Assembly (NCBI GenBank): GCA_052148475.1
Contig: JBKQID010000065.1
Span: 10,246 to 74,245, forward strand
Source of the DNA: Candidatus Sulfotelmatobacter sp.
GTDB taxonomy: Bacteria > Acidobacteriota > Terriglobia > Terriglobales > Acidobacteriaceae
Reading direction: 5' to 3'
DNA: 64,000 nucleotides
A program made the translations under genes and the position numbers. The notes under the pieces are model-generated. The model saw nothing but the letters and a program-made list of their open reading frames with translations. It made no database searches and had not been told where the DNA came from. Numbering within the stretch: position 1 is the stretch's first letter; every line of letters begins with the position of its first letter. Shown piece by piece: positions 1 to 8,272 of the stretch.

Positions 1-302
1 GCTTGCTTCACCGGCGGAGAGTGACAGGAAACGTCAGATCTTAGATGCGTGAATCGTTCTGCGATCCGCACAACTTGCGTTGGTGGCGTCTCTGGTTGTC
101 CGAAAAAAATGCGAGATGAGCAATTCTGAGCAGACGCTTAACATACACAGCCGGATAATCTGCCAATACATGGAAGGCTCATGCTTCAGGTGAGCGTGCG
201 TTTCTGTTCCCGCGCTGGCTTCGCGTGCCGTGGCAAGCGTGGCTCTAGCCGCTCGGTTGTCTTTTCGCCGTGCTCGCCCAGGTATTGGGAAAAAGGAATC
301 AG

Positions 303-1649
303 ATGCCAATCCAGCAGTTTTGCAGGATTTCAACGGTCCTTCTGCTAACGGTTTTTCTCATCAGCTGCAGCGGTGCAGGAAGCCCGCCAGCTACGGTCGT
401 CTCCAATCCTCCCACAGTAGTGATGGTGGTCCCGGAATCTGACGGAATAGCCACCAACCGCGAGATTGCGGTGGTCTTCAGCCAAGCCATGGATCCGGCC
501 AGCATCAACAGCAGCACCTTTCTGATTGCAGGTATGACCGGGACGGTCACTTACGACGCAACCAACAAGATTGGCGGCTTCATCCCTTCCCCTGACTTCG
601 CTCCCAACACAATGTACAACGCGAGCATTACCGTTGGAGCCAAGGACGCCAGTGGAACTCCGCTTGCGTCGCCCTACGCTTTTTCCTTTACCACCCGCGC
701 CACCAGCGACACTTCCGCCCCGTACGTCATTGCTGTCAATCTTGTGGCGGGGGCCACTTGCGTGCCACAGAACCAGAAGATCCTGGCTACTTTCGATGAG
801 CAGATGGACTCACTGACTATTAATCCCAGCACATTTCTCATTGTGGGTGTGACATCCACCGTGACCTATGATGTGACGACCCAACAGGCCACTCTCACGC
901 CCTCCGCGAACCTGGCCGCGAATACAACGTACACGATTATGGTCACGGCCGGAGCCACGGACATGGGCGGAGTACCGGTTGCGCCGATTACGCAGACTTT
1001 TACGACCGGTCCGTGCCAAGGCGCTGGAACCCAGCCGGTAGCTCTTTGTCCGAACATAGGAAATTTCTCGGTCTTAGCTGGAAGCACTGTTACCAACACC
1101 GGTTCTACCGTCGTGTCCGGGGATCTTGGAGTATGTCCGGGTACGGCCGTGACCGGATTTCCGCCGGGGCTGGTAGACGGGACAATCCATACAGCGGACG
1201 GTGCCGCCGCGCTTGCCGAGGCGGCCTTGACGGCCGGGTATATCGATGCTGCCGGACGAGCAGGCGGCATTTCGGTGTCCGGAGATTTGGTGGGGCAGAC
1301 ACTGACCACGGGTGTCTACAAGTCGACCTCGTCGCTGGCAGAGTCCGGAGATCTCACTCTCGATGCTCAGGGAAACTCGGCAGCGGTGTTTATTTTCCAG
1401 ATTGCGTCCACGCTCACTACGGGGAGCGGCAGCCATATAATCCTGGCCAACGGCGCCAAGGCCTGCAACGTTTTCTGGCAGGTGGGCAGTTCGGCGACGC
1501 TGGGAACAAACTCTGTGTTCAACGGAACCATCATGGCGCAGACCTCAATCACAATCACCACGGGCGTGACTATGCAAGGCAGGGCGCTGGCGATCAATGG
1601 CGCGGTCACGCTGGACAGCGATCTCATTACTGGCTGCACCTGTCCCTGA
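303..1649 (+). CDS. Secreted lipoprotein with two SbsA/Big_5-like Ig repeats and a C-terminal ice-binding-like (DUF3494) domain
   Basis: The gene lies in ORF 270..1649, and I prefer the internal ATG at 303, which follows AAAGGA. It has a lipobox-like LLLTVFLISC-SG. Two repeated Ig-type modules are present (FSQAMDPASINSSTFLIAG and FDEQMDSLTINPSTFLIVG). The C-terminus (FSVLAGSTVTNTGSTVVSGDLGVCPGTAVTGFPPG ... NVFWQVGSSATLG ... GRALAINGAVTLD) fits the DUF3494/ice-binding family pattern. Confidence 0.8.
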   Translation: MPIQQFCRISTVLLLTVFLISCSGAGSPPATVVSNPPTVVMVVPESDGIATNREIAVVFSQAMDPASINSSTFLIAGMTGTVTYDATNKIGGFIPSPDFAPNTMYNASITVGAKDASGTPLASPYAFSFTTRATSDTSAPYVIAVNLVAGATCVPQNQKILATFDEQMDSLTINPSTFLIVGVTSTVTYDVTTQQATLTPSANLAANTTYTIMVTAGATDMGGVPVAPITQTFTTGPCQGAGTQPVALCPNIGNFSVLAGSTVTNTGSTVVSGDLGVCPGTAVTGFPPGLVDGTIHTADGAAALAEAALTAGYIDAAGRAGGISVSGDLVGQTLTTGVYKSTSSLAESGDLTLDAQGNSAAVFIFQIASTLTTGSGSHIILANGAKACNVFWQVGSSATLGTNSVFNGTIMAQTSITITTGVTMQGRALAINGAVTLDSDLITGCTCP

Positions 1650-1978
1650 GGGGCTGGCTATCAGCATGCGCAAGCAAAGGGGGCGGCGGGCCTTACCACC
1701 GCCGTCCCATCGCGGCAATCATCTCTCGTCAATCACGTCGCGGCTATCATCGCGACGAAACGCGCACGGAAAGGCAGATCTGATCGGCTCGACCGAACCA
1801 GGGCGCCAATAGCTCCTCATTGATATCGTCGGTTTACGGTGTGGCATCTGGAGAATGGACGCGCAAAGCGGAGCACGATAACTGCCGAATAAGAGGCCCT
1901 GGCGGTTTCGCGTGTGTCGATACGATCTTTCTTACGCCGGACGAATCAACTGATCCAAGGTGTTGGACTTAGGCGTCC

Positions 1979-3025
1979 CTAGTGCGATTCAGTGCTTCCA
2001 ATGCTTCCGGAGATATAGCCGGTGCGGGTTGTGACGCGCAGTCGAGTGGATCCGGCGAGCGCCTGAACCTGAATCGAGTGGTAGGTGCCTGAGGTGTGGG
2101 GATTCGAAGAGCGGTAGCCGATTACGTACTCACTCCGGATGTCCTGCGCAATCGCACTCGCGATCGATTGAATCTCGTCGAGACTGGATGGGAAGAACGC
2201 CGTCCCTCCAGTTTGCTCGGAGAGGGTGCGCAGGGATTGGCGATGACCGTCGTCTCGCCGCGCATTCTGAGTCTGTTCGAGTGCGATAGCGTAGAGTACC
2301 GGTCCGTTCTTCGATTGCAACTTGTGGAGAAGCTCCTGGAAAGTAGCCTGGCTTGCGTTGTCCCGCCCATCGGTCACAACTAATAGAACTTTCTTTGGCA
2401 ACGGGGAAGTCTCCAGATGATCGATGGCTGCAATGAGCGCATCGTAGAGTGCAGTGCTGCCTCGCGTTTCTACCCGCTGCAGAGCTGCCGTCAGTTTGCC
2501 GACGTCCGGGGTATAGTCCTGATCAAGGAACGCCTCTTCGCCAAAGTTGATGACGAATACCCGATCGTCTTGCTGGCTCGCATCCACCAGTTGCAGGGCC
2601 GCCTCGTTGACCTTCGCCCGTTTCGGCAACATTGAACCCGAGTTGTCGATCAGAATTCCCAGCGCGATCGGGACACGCTCCTTGCGGAAGGAGGTCAGTG
2701 CCTGCGGCTTGCCGTCTTCGTAGACTTTAAAGTTGTCGCGGGGCAGACCGGTGATCAGGTGATTCTGTGCGTCCACCACAACCGCATGCAGAACAACTTC
2801 TTCTACCTCTTTTTTAAAGACGAAACCGCCGGAGTCGTCATCCTGTGAGGCCGTATCGGACGCCCGCGTACTGGCCGGCGGCGGCGGTGTAGAGGGAGGG
2901 CTTGAACTCTGGGCCGAACTCGCGCTGGCAAGAGTCAGCAGGCCGAATAGGAATGCCACGATTCCGGCAAGGCCTCTGCCGCAGCGACCCGTGAATGTCT
3001 CCGCCCCTCCAGTTGTGAACAACAC
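1979..3025 (-). CDS. VWA domain protein of the VWFA-related acidobacterial type
   Basis: The N-terminus is a membrane anchor or signal (IVAFLFGLLTLASASSAQS) followed by a Pro/Ser linker. It carries the motif VVVDAQNHLITGLPRDNFKVYEDGKPQ. A MIDAS-like ILIDNSGSM and LLVVTDGRDNAS are present. The start codon is GTG at 3025. Confidence 0.8.
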   Translation of the reverse strand: MLFTTGGAETFTGRCGRGLAGIVAFLFGLLTLASASSAQSSSPPSTPPPPASTRASDTASQDDDSGGFVFKKEVEEVVLHAVVVDAQNHLITGLPRDNFKVYEDGKPQALTSFRKERVPIALGILIDNSGSMLPKRAKVNEAALQLVDASQQDDRVFVINFGEEAFLDQDYTPDVGKLTAALQRVETRGSTALYDALIAAIDHLETSPLPKKVLLVVTDGRDNASQATFQELLHKLQSKNGPVLYAIALEQTQNARRDDGHRQSLRTLSEQTGGTAFFPSSLDEIQSIASAIAQDIRSEYVIGYRSSNPHTSGTYHSIQVQALAGSTRLRVTTRTGYISGSIGSTESH

Positions 3026-3206
3026 GCAGTTAGCCCCTTTTCGGATTCTAGGAACTAGATGAATTTCAGAGACAGAGAGTTGGTTGGATTGTGAAGTGCC
3101 AGGCCGGAGCAGGGGACAAGGTCGAGAAGAGGAAAGGGCGCGGTCAAAAGGAAAGCGCGGCCTCTTCGATGAGAGGGCCGCGCAAGGGCAGTGGGCTTCG
3201 ATGTTC

Positions 3207-4502
3207 TTACCAATAGGTGAAGTTCAGCTTGTCGAGCCAGACCGAGTAGGGCGTCTGCTGGTAGTTTCCATCTTGCTGGTAGTTGATGGTCACGCCATAC
3301 CACGTCGTCGTCGTAGGATTTTCGTAGTAGTTCAGAGTCGAAGTCACGCCGTTGAGCGTGATCGATTGGAACAAGAGTTGATTGTTCGAGGTGCGTTGTA
3401 CCTGCAGCACGAGGTGGTTCCAAGCATTTGTCAAAGGATTGCAGGCGATGCCGGTCGGGTGCCAGGTCTGGCCGGGATTGTCCCAAATGTCCCACTCGTT
3501 GCCGCCGGCGATCCGGCATTCATGACCCCAAATGAAGGAGTAGCCGCCCACGAACTCGTTGATATCGAACTCCAGTGCCTGCGAGACGCTGGGCTCTTCT
3601 ACGTAAAAATAGACATCGTAGGTGAAGTTGTGGAGGTTGGGGACGATGGTTTGGTTGTTGTCGGGCATACCCTGCGAGGAGAAATTGCCGATCAAGTGAT
3701 TGTTCCAGAGGATATCGGAGTAGACGGTCTCTCCGCCTATGTCCATGAGCGACGATTTTCCGCTGAGCGATGGCGACGAAATATCCTGGGTCATCGACCA
3801 GGTGGCCTGCGGGCCTGAGGGCGTGCAGGAATTACAGATATTGTAGAGAGGTGGCAGCAGGGCGTATCCGTTCCATCCTGTCTGTTCTTGAAGATTGGTA
3901 AAGACGCCCGAAGTCGAACTGCCTCCTACCGTGATGGTGACCGGAGCCACCGAGGCGCCGCCGCAGTTATCCCACGCCTCCACTACCGTGTTGTATACGC
4001 CAGGGTTCAGGGTAAGCACGGTATTGAGTTGGGCGCCTTGCGATGTGTACGCCAGCTGACCGGGCGCCGTGTAGATTCCCATAGCGGAGACGCCTTTTGA
4101 GCAAGAGGAGCTTGCCGCTGCCACATACTGCACCGTCGAACTCACCGTGCTATTGGTCGGCGGCGCGCTCACGGTTACTTGCCCACCGGTTCCAACTTTG
4201 ATCTTGACCGGAGTCACCGAAGCGCCGCCGCAGTTATCCCACTCCTCCACCACCGTGTCGTAAACGCCGGGGTTCAGGGTCAGTAACGTATTGAGCTTGG
4301 CGCCTTGCACTGTATACACGAGCTGGTTAGGTGCCGTATAAATTCCCATGGCGGAGATGCCTTTTGAGCAAGAGGAGCTTGCCGAGGCCACATACTGCAC
4401 CGGCGAACTCACCGTACTTCCATTGGCAGGCGCAGAAACGGAGACGCCAGCGAAGGCGAAGGTTCCCGAACTCAATACGAGCAGAACAGCAAGTTTTCTC
4501 AT
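3207..4502 (-). CDS. Secreted protein with two tandem 89-aa Ig-like repeats and an Asn/Tyr/Trp-rich C-terminal beta domain
   Basis: The signal peptide is MRKLAVLLVLSSGTFAFA. The repeat VSAP..STVSS.VQYVA.ASSSCSKG.SAMGIYTAP.QL.YT.QGA.LNT.LTLNPGVY.TVVE.WDNCGGASV.PV occurs twice. The C-terminal 230 aa contains ALEFDINEF. Confidence 0.75.
   Translation of the reverse strand: MRKLAVLLVLSSGTFAFAGVSVSAPANGSTVSSPVQYVASASSSCSKGISAMGIYTAPNQLVYTVQGAKLNTLLTLNPGVYDTVVEEWDNCGGASVTPVKIKVGTGGQVTVSAPPTNSTVSSTVQYVAAASSSCSKGVSAMGIYTAPGQLAYTSQGAQLNTVLTLNPGVYNTVVEAWDNCGGASVAPVTITVGGSSTSGVFTNLQEQTGWNGYALLPPLYNICNSCTPSGPQATWSMTQDISSPSLSGKSSLMDIGGETVYSDILWNNHLIGNFSSQGMPDNNQTIVPNLHNFTYDVYFYVEEPSVSQALEFDINEFVGGYSFIWGHECRIAGGNEWDIWDNPGQTWHPTGIACNPLTNAWNHLVLQVQRTSNNQLLFQSITLNGVTSTLNYYENPTTTTWYGVTINYQQDGNYQQTPYSVWLDKLNFTYW
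3915..4445 (-). repeat. Intragenic tandem duplication of two units of about 267 bp
   Basis: Unit 1 is 4179..4445 and unit 2 is 3915..4178. By eye the peptides are about 80 percent identical, and the DNA is clearly alignable (for example gcggagatgccttttgagcaagaggagcttgcc versus gcggagacgccttttgagcaagaggagcttgcc). Confidence 0.8.
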
Positions 4503-4889
4503 AAGAGTGCCCGGTTGTCAGGTAGCGTGAAACAGTGCCTACAGGGTATAGCTGATGGATTACCCTGAAGTCTACGAATATCGCGTATTCCACTCAAGGA
4601 TATTGCGATGGGAAGAATAATCGAAGGTACATGAGCCCCGCGACTTTGGCACCTTAATTCGCCCTCCTAAAGAGACTCTTGGCCTAGGGTTTTTACTGAG
4701 ATAGGGGACCGTGATACTGCATTTTCATTGCCTTGCACATCTTCGGGCCCAGCTTCCACATCTCAACGACACTTCAATAATCGCAGTGGCCAAGCAGTCC
4801 CGATGCGGAGTCCGCGGAGATGCCTTGAATCTTCCTCCTGCGACCGGGCAATCTTGGGGAGGAAGCGCGTGGAGTTGGCTGCAGTAGTG

Positions 4890-5879
4890 ATGGTTCCGGC
4901 CACGGAAGACCTCATGTTGAGCCATGAGGCTCAAAGTCATGCCGCAGCCTCGGAAAACTCCCGACCGTTTTATTTCCCGAGGATGCCGATCCTGGGCAAT
5001 GACGTCTTACGGTCGTGGATGGAGCGCATTCGCAAGCTGGGATTGAGGAACCTGTGGCTTAGTTCCAGCCCCCGCGATGAAAGCGTGGATGGTTCAGCGC
5101 TGGCTGAGTTTGCCCGACAGGGAGTCGAGCGACTTCTAGTGATTCAGCTCAAGTCGTATGCGGAGATGGATCTTGCCGATTTACTTCGCTTTCATTGCGA
5201 GAGCCGAAACCCGGTGACCGAGGCCGAGGATGCCCAAGGTCAATTGGGAGTTTGTCTGCGCGATCATCTGGTTTTGCATGCAAAGGGTGAGAAATACGCA
5301 TTTGCCAGCGCTCCACCCGACAGCGGGCAAACTCCTTATCAGTTCCGGGGATATGCCAAGCGCATTTTGTCAGCGCGGGAGAGGCAGGAGTTGGTTGGAG
5401 ATGGACTGACCGGGGCGTGCGCCATGCGACCGCTGGGGACCGAGATTCGCGACCAGGTGTGGGTGGGCGAAGGGGCGAATCTCGCGGACTCCGTGCGGGT
5501 CATCGGTCCAACCTATATCGGAGCGCACACCATTGTCCACGCGGGGGCGACCATCGGTTCTTTTGCGTCGGTGGAGCACGATTGCGTGGTGGATTGCGGA
5601 ACTACGGTGGAGCGATCCACCGTTCTGCCGTACTCCTACCTGGCGCCCGGGTTGCTGATTCGGCATCAGCTGGTTGACGGAGGATACTTGGAAGATCTGA
5701 GCTGGGGAGCGGTCGCCGATCTGCAACCAGCAGGTTTGGGAAGCCGAATCCAACGGCGTGAATCGCGCAGGCAAGCATTCCGCGAGACCGGCGTTCTCTC
5801 GCGAGCGGGCGGAGCTTCCACGCGGGATTTCGCTCCGTGCTCCAGCGCGTCGCAGCCGTGGCTCAGGGTACAGCTATGA
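4890..5879 (+). CDS. Left-handed beta-helix protein with a degenerate nucleotidyltransferase-like N-domain (NDP-sugar pyrophosphorylase/eIF2B-like architecture)
   Basis: The gene lies in ORF 4728..5879. Its start is uncertain, with candidates GTG 4869, ATG 4890 and ATG 4914. Hexapeptide-repeat region: GANLADSVRVIGPTYIGAHTIVHAGATIGSFASVEHDCVVDCGTTVERSTVLP. The N-terminal part (MPILGNDVLRSWMERIRKLGLRNLWL) resembles a nucleotidyltransferase fold but lacks the G-x-G-x-R-L loop. Confidence 0.6.
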   Translation: MVPATEDLMLSHEAQSHAAASENSRPFYFPRMPILGNDVLRSWMERIRKLGLRNLWLSSSPRDESVDGSALAEFARQGVERLLVIQLKSYAEMDLADLLRFHCESRNPVTEAEDAQGQLGVCLRDHLVLHAKGEKYAFASAPPDSGQTPYQFRGYAKRILSARERQELVGDGLTGACAMRPLGTEIRDQVWVGEGANLADSVRVIGPTYIGAHTIVHAGATIGSFASVEHDCVVDCGTTVERSTVLPYSYLAPGLLIRHQLVDGGYLEDLSWGAVADLQPAGLGSRIQRRESRRQAFRETGVLSRAGGASTRDFAPCSSASQPWLRVQL

Positions 5880-6235
5880 ATACTATTCCTTGGGTTATCC
5901 TACCCTTCCCCTGGGGATCGAGTTTTGCGGACCGTCGTGGGTTGCGGAAAGACTTGCTCATCGCCCTGCGCGTTTCCGGATCTCCAGTGATCGTGGATCT
6001 GTCGAGTTGCGGCACGTTGACTCATGAGGACATTGACTTGCTGCTGGAGTGTGTGGCGCAAGCCGCGGGCCGAGAGACGAAGGTATTGTTCGTCGCGGGT
6101 TCTCGCGTCAACCGAGTACTTCTCGAGGTGACCCGCATCTCTTCGCTTGTGCCGGTATTCAATTCGGTTCGAGAAGCGCTTGCCTATCCACAGATTGCGG
6201 CAGAGAACCATGTTCAAGATCTACGGGCCAGTTAA
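5876..6235 (+). CDS. STAS-domain protein (anti-sigma-factor-antagonist-like)
   Basis: ATG 5876 overlaps the upstream stop as ATGA at 5876..5879. PVIVDLSSCGTLTHEDIDLLLECVAQAAGRETKVLFVAGSRVNRVLLEVTRISSLVPVFNSVREALAY fits the STAS/SpoIIAA pattern. Confidence 0.7.
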   Translation: MNTIPWVILPFPWGSSFADRRGLRKDLLIALRVSGSPVIVDLSSCGTLTHEDIDLLLECVAQAAGRETKVLFVAGSRVNRVLLEVTRISSLVPVFNSVREALAYPQIAAENHVQDLRAS

Positions 6236-6260
6236 AGCCGAAGAAATTTGGAGTGCGCAA

Positions 6261-6686
6261 ATGAATCAGACAGGTCGCAGATTTTCAAAATATTTTCCGA
6301 TTGCCGCGTTGGCGGGCGCGTTTGTGATGTCGAGCGAGATGCCTCTTTTGGCCAGCCCTCCCCAGTCTAGCCAGTCCAGCACCACCAGCAAGCCGGACGA
6401 CTCGTTGCCGGATGCGCCGCAAGCCCAGTCACAGACGCCAACGGGCCAGCAGCCGGCAGCCACTCCCTTAGGAGCGGCTGGAGCGAAGGCCGCCAAAGTC
6501 AAAGGGGCTCCGGTGGCCAAGCCAGCGGGGGCGGCCGTGGCGCCCGCCCGTCAGCGCGGTCATCGCTCGCTGCTGATCAAGCTGGGATCGGTGGCAGGAG
6601 CCGGAATAGCGGTCGGCGCGGTGGTCGGGCTGGCGGAGAGAAGTCCAGCGCGGCCGCCCAGTGCTTCACCAGCAGGTCGTCCATGA
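6261..6686 (+). CDS. Small secreted or membrane protein with a low-complexity Pro/Gln/Ala region
   Basis: The start is an internal ATG at 6261 within ORF 6147..6686. The signal-like N-terminus is FSKYFPIAALAGAFVMSSEMPLLA. The middle is Q/S/P/A-rich and a C-terminal hydrophobic segment (GSVAGAGIAVGAVVGLA) follows. I recognised no family. Confidence 0.45.
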   Translation: MNQTGRRFSKYFPIAALAGAFVMSSEMPLLASPPQSSQSSTTSKPDDSLPDAPQAQSQTPTGQQPAATPLGAAGAKAAKVKGAPVAKPAGAAVAPARQRGHRSLLIKLGSVAGAGIAVGAVVGLAERSPARPPSASPAGRP

Positions 6687-6706
6687 TCCACGGAGTTCTC
6701 CAATAA

Positions 6707-7492
6707 ATGTCTCCCGCCCAAGCCGACGCGCAGCCTACTGCCACTCGCCCGTTCGTAATTACTTTCTCGGGAATCGACGGGGCAGGGAAGACCACGCAAA
6801 TCGAGTGCCTTTCGTTGAGCCTGCAGCAGCGGGGCCTGCGCGTGCTACGGCTCAGCTTCTGGGATGATGTTGCGGTCTGGTCGAACGTGCGCGCCAGAGC
6901 CGGACATGGGTCAGAGGAATCGGGCCACGCGAACCCGGTGGAGGTCCGTCCATTCGCCCCCAAAAACAATAAACACATACGGAAGTGGTATTTGAGTGCA
7001 GCACGGGCGGCATTGTACCTACTGGATGTTGCTCGGTTGCGCCGCTTGCTGGCCGGTCAACCGGCCAAAAGGTCTGACGTCGTAATCTTTGACCGGTATA
7101 TTTATGATCAAATCGCGAATCTCTATTCCCAGTCATTCGCAGCTCGCGGCTATGCCAAGATTCTGTTGAAGCGAGCGCCCGCTCCCGACCTGGCTTTTAT
7201 CCTGGACGCGTCCCCTCCCGCAGCTTTTGCCCGCAAGCCGGAATATCCTCTGGAATTCATGCATAAGAATCGTGGGAATTTTCTGCTTCTTCGGGAACTG
7301 GTTCCGCAGCTGATCATCATTTCTGACGGAGAGCCAGAGGACGTGAGAGATGAGATTTGCAGTCACATCAGCCACTCGCGGCTGGTAGCGGGTACTTTGC
7401 CTGAGGAAAAGACTGAAGTCCCCGAAGCCAGCGCAGTAGCCCGTCCACTGAGTTCCCGTAGTCTGCGAAACGACCCAACGGCCAGTCTCTAG
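6707..7492 (+). CDS. Thymidylate-kinase-like P-loop kinase
   Basis: The P-loop is ITFSGIDGAGKTTQ, and a downstream FDRYIYDQ motif is typical of the dTMP-kinase family fold. The gene sits at the head of a glycosyltransferase block. Confidence 0.7.
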   Translation: MSPAQADAQPTATRPFVITFSGIDGAGKTTQIECLSLSLQQRGLRVLRLSFWDDVAVWSNVRARAGHGSEESGHANPVEVRPFAPKNNKHIRKWYLSAARAALYLLDVARLRRLLAGQPAKRSDVVIFDRYIYDQIANLYSQSFAARGYAKILLKRAPAPDLAFILDASPPAAFARKPEYPLEFMHKNRGNFLLLRELVPQLIIISDGEPEDVRDEICSHISHSRLVAGTLPEEKTEVPEASAVARPLSSRSLRNDPTASL

Positions 7493-7534
7493 ATCCCATC
7501 CAAGGCTTACGCATTACCGAAAGCGAGGCCCTGC

Positions 7535-8272
7535 ATGATACCTGGGGTTTCAGAGAATAGTCTTGCCTTGGTCGTACCGACGCTCGATGAAGCGGGAAAC
7601 ATCGACAGAGTGCTCAGCGAGCTCACCGACGCATTGAGCGGTACACAATACGAATACGAGATTGTGGTTGTCGATGACGGCAGCACCGACGGAACAGTGG
7701 AGCGGGTTCATGATTGGACAAAACGAGATCCGCGCATTCGCGTCATTTCACGCGCGGGAGAACGGGGCCTAGCGGGGGCGGTGTTGTATGGCTGGAGTCA
7801 ATCCCGAGCGAACCTGCTCGGCGTGATCGATGCTGACCTGCAACACCCCCCTGAGTTGTTGCCGGAACTATTGCAGGCGGCCGAACAAGCCGACATCGCC
7901 ATCGCCAGCCGCTACGCCCGGAGTCAAGGAACCAAAGGTTGGAATCCGCTGCGTGCCGCGGTTTCGCGGCTGAGCACGCTCGTGGCGGCGCCTCTAATTT
8001 CCAAGAAGAATCTTGGGGTGACGGACCCTATGTCGGGGTTCTTCGTGATCCATCGCCGCTGCATCGAAGGGCTTACCTTTAAGACCACCGGCTTCAAGCT
8101 CTTGCTTGAAATCCTGGTCCGCGGGCGCATCAAGAAAGCGCTGGAAGTTCCCTATCATTTCGGTCTGCGCCGGGCGGGCAGAAGCAAGGCCAATGTGACC
8201 GTCGCTTTTCACTATTTGCATCTTCTCGGCCGGCTCTCGCGGGATCTGGTGTTGCGTTCGAGCGAGCAGTGA
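7535..8272 (+). CDS. Family 2 glycosyltransferase (polyprenol-phosphate sugar synthase/DPM1-like)
   Basis: Motifs seen are LVVPTLDEAGNI, VVDDGSTDGT, IDADLQHPP (the DxD motif) and SGFF. Confidence 0.85.
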   Translation: MIPGVSENSLALVVPTLDEAGNIDRVLSELTDALSGTQYEYEIVVVDDGSTDGTVERVHDWTKRDPRIRVISRAGERGLAGAVLYGWSQSRANLLGVIDADLQHPPELLPELLQAAEQADIAIASRYARSQGTKGWNPLRAAVSRLSTLVAAPLISKKNLGVTDPMSGFFVIHRRCIEGLTFKTTGFKLLLEILVRGRIKKALEVPYHFGLRRAGRSKANVTVAFHYLHLLGRLSRDLVLRSSEQ

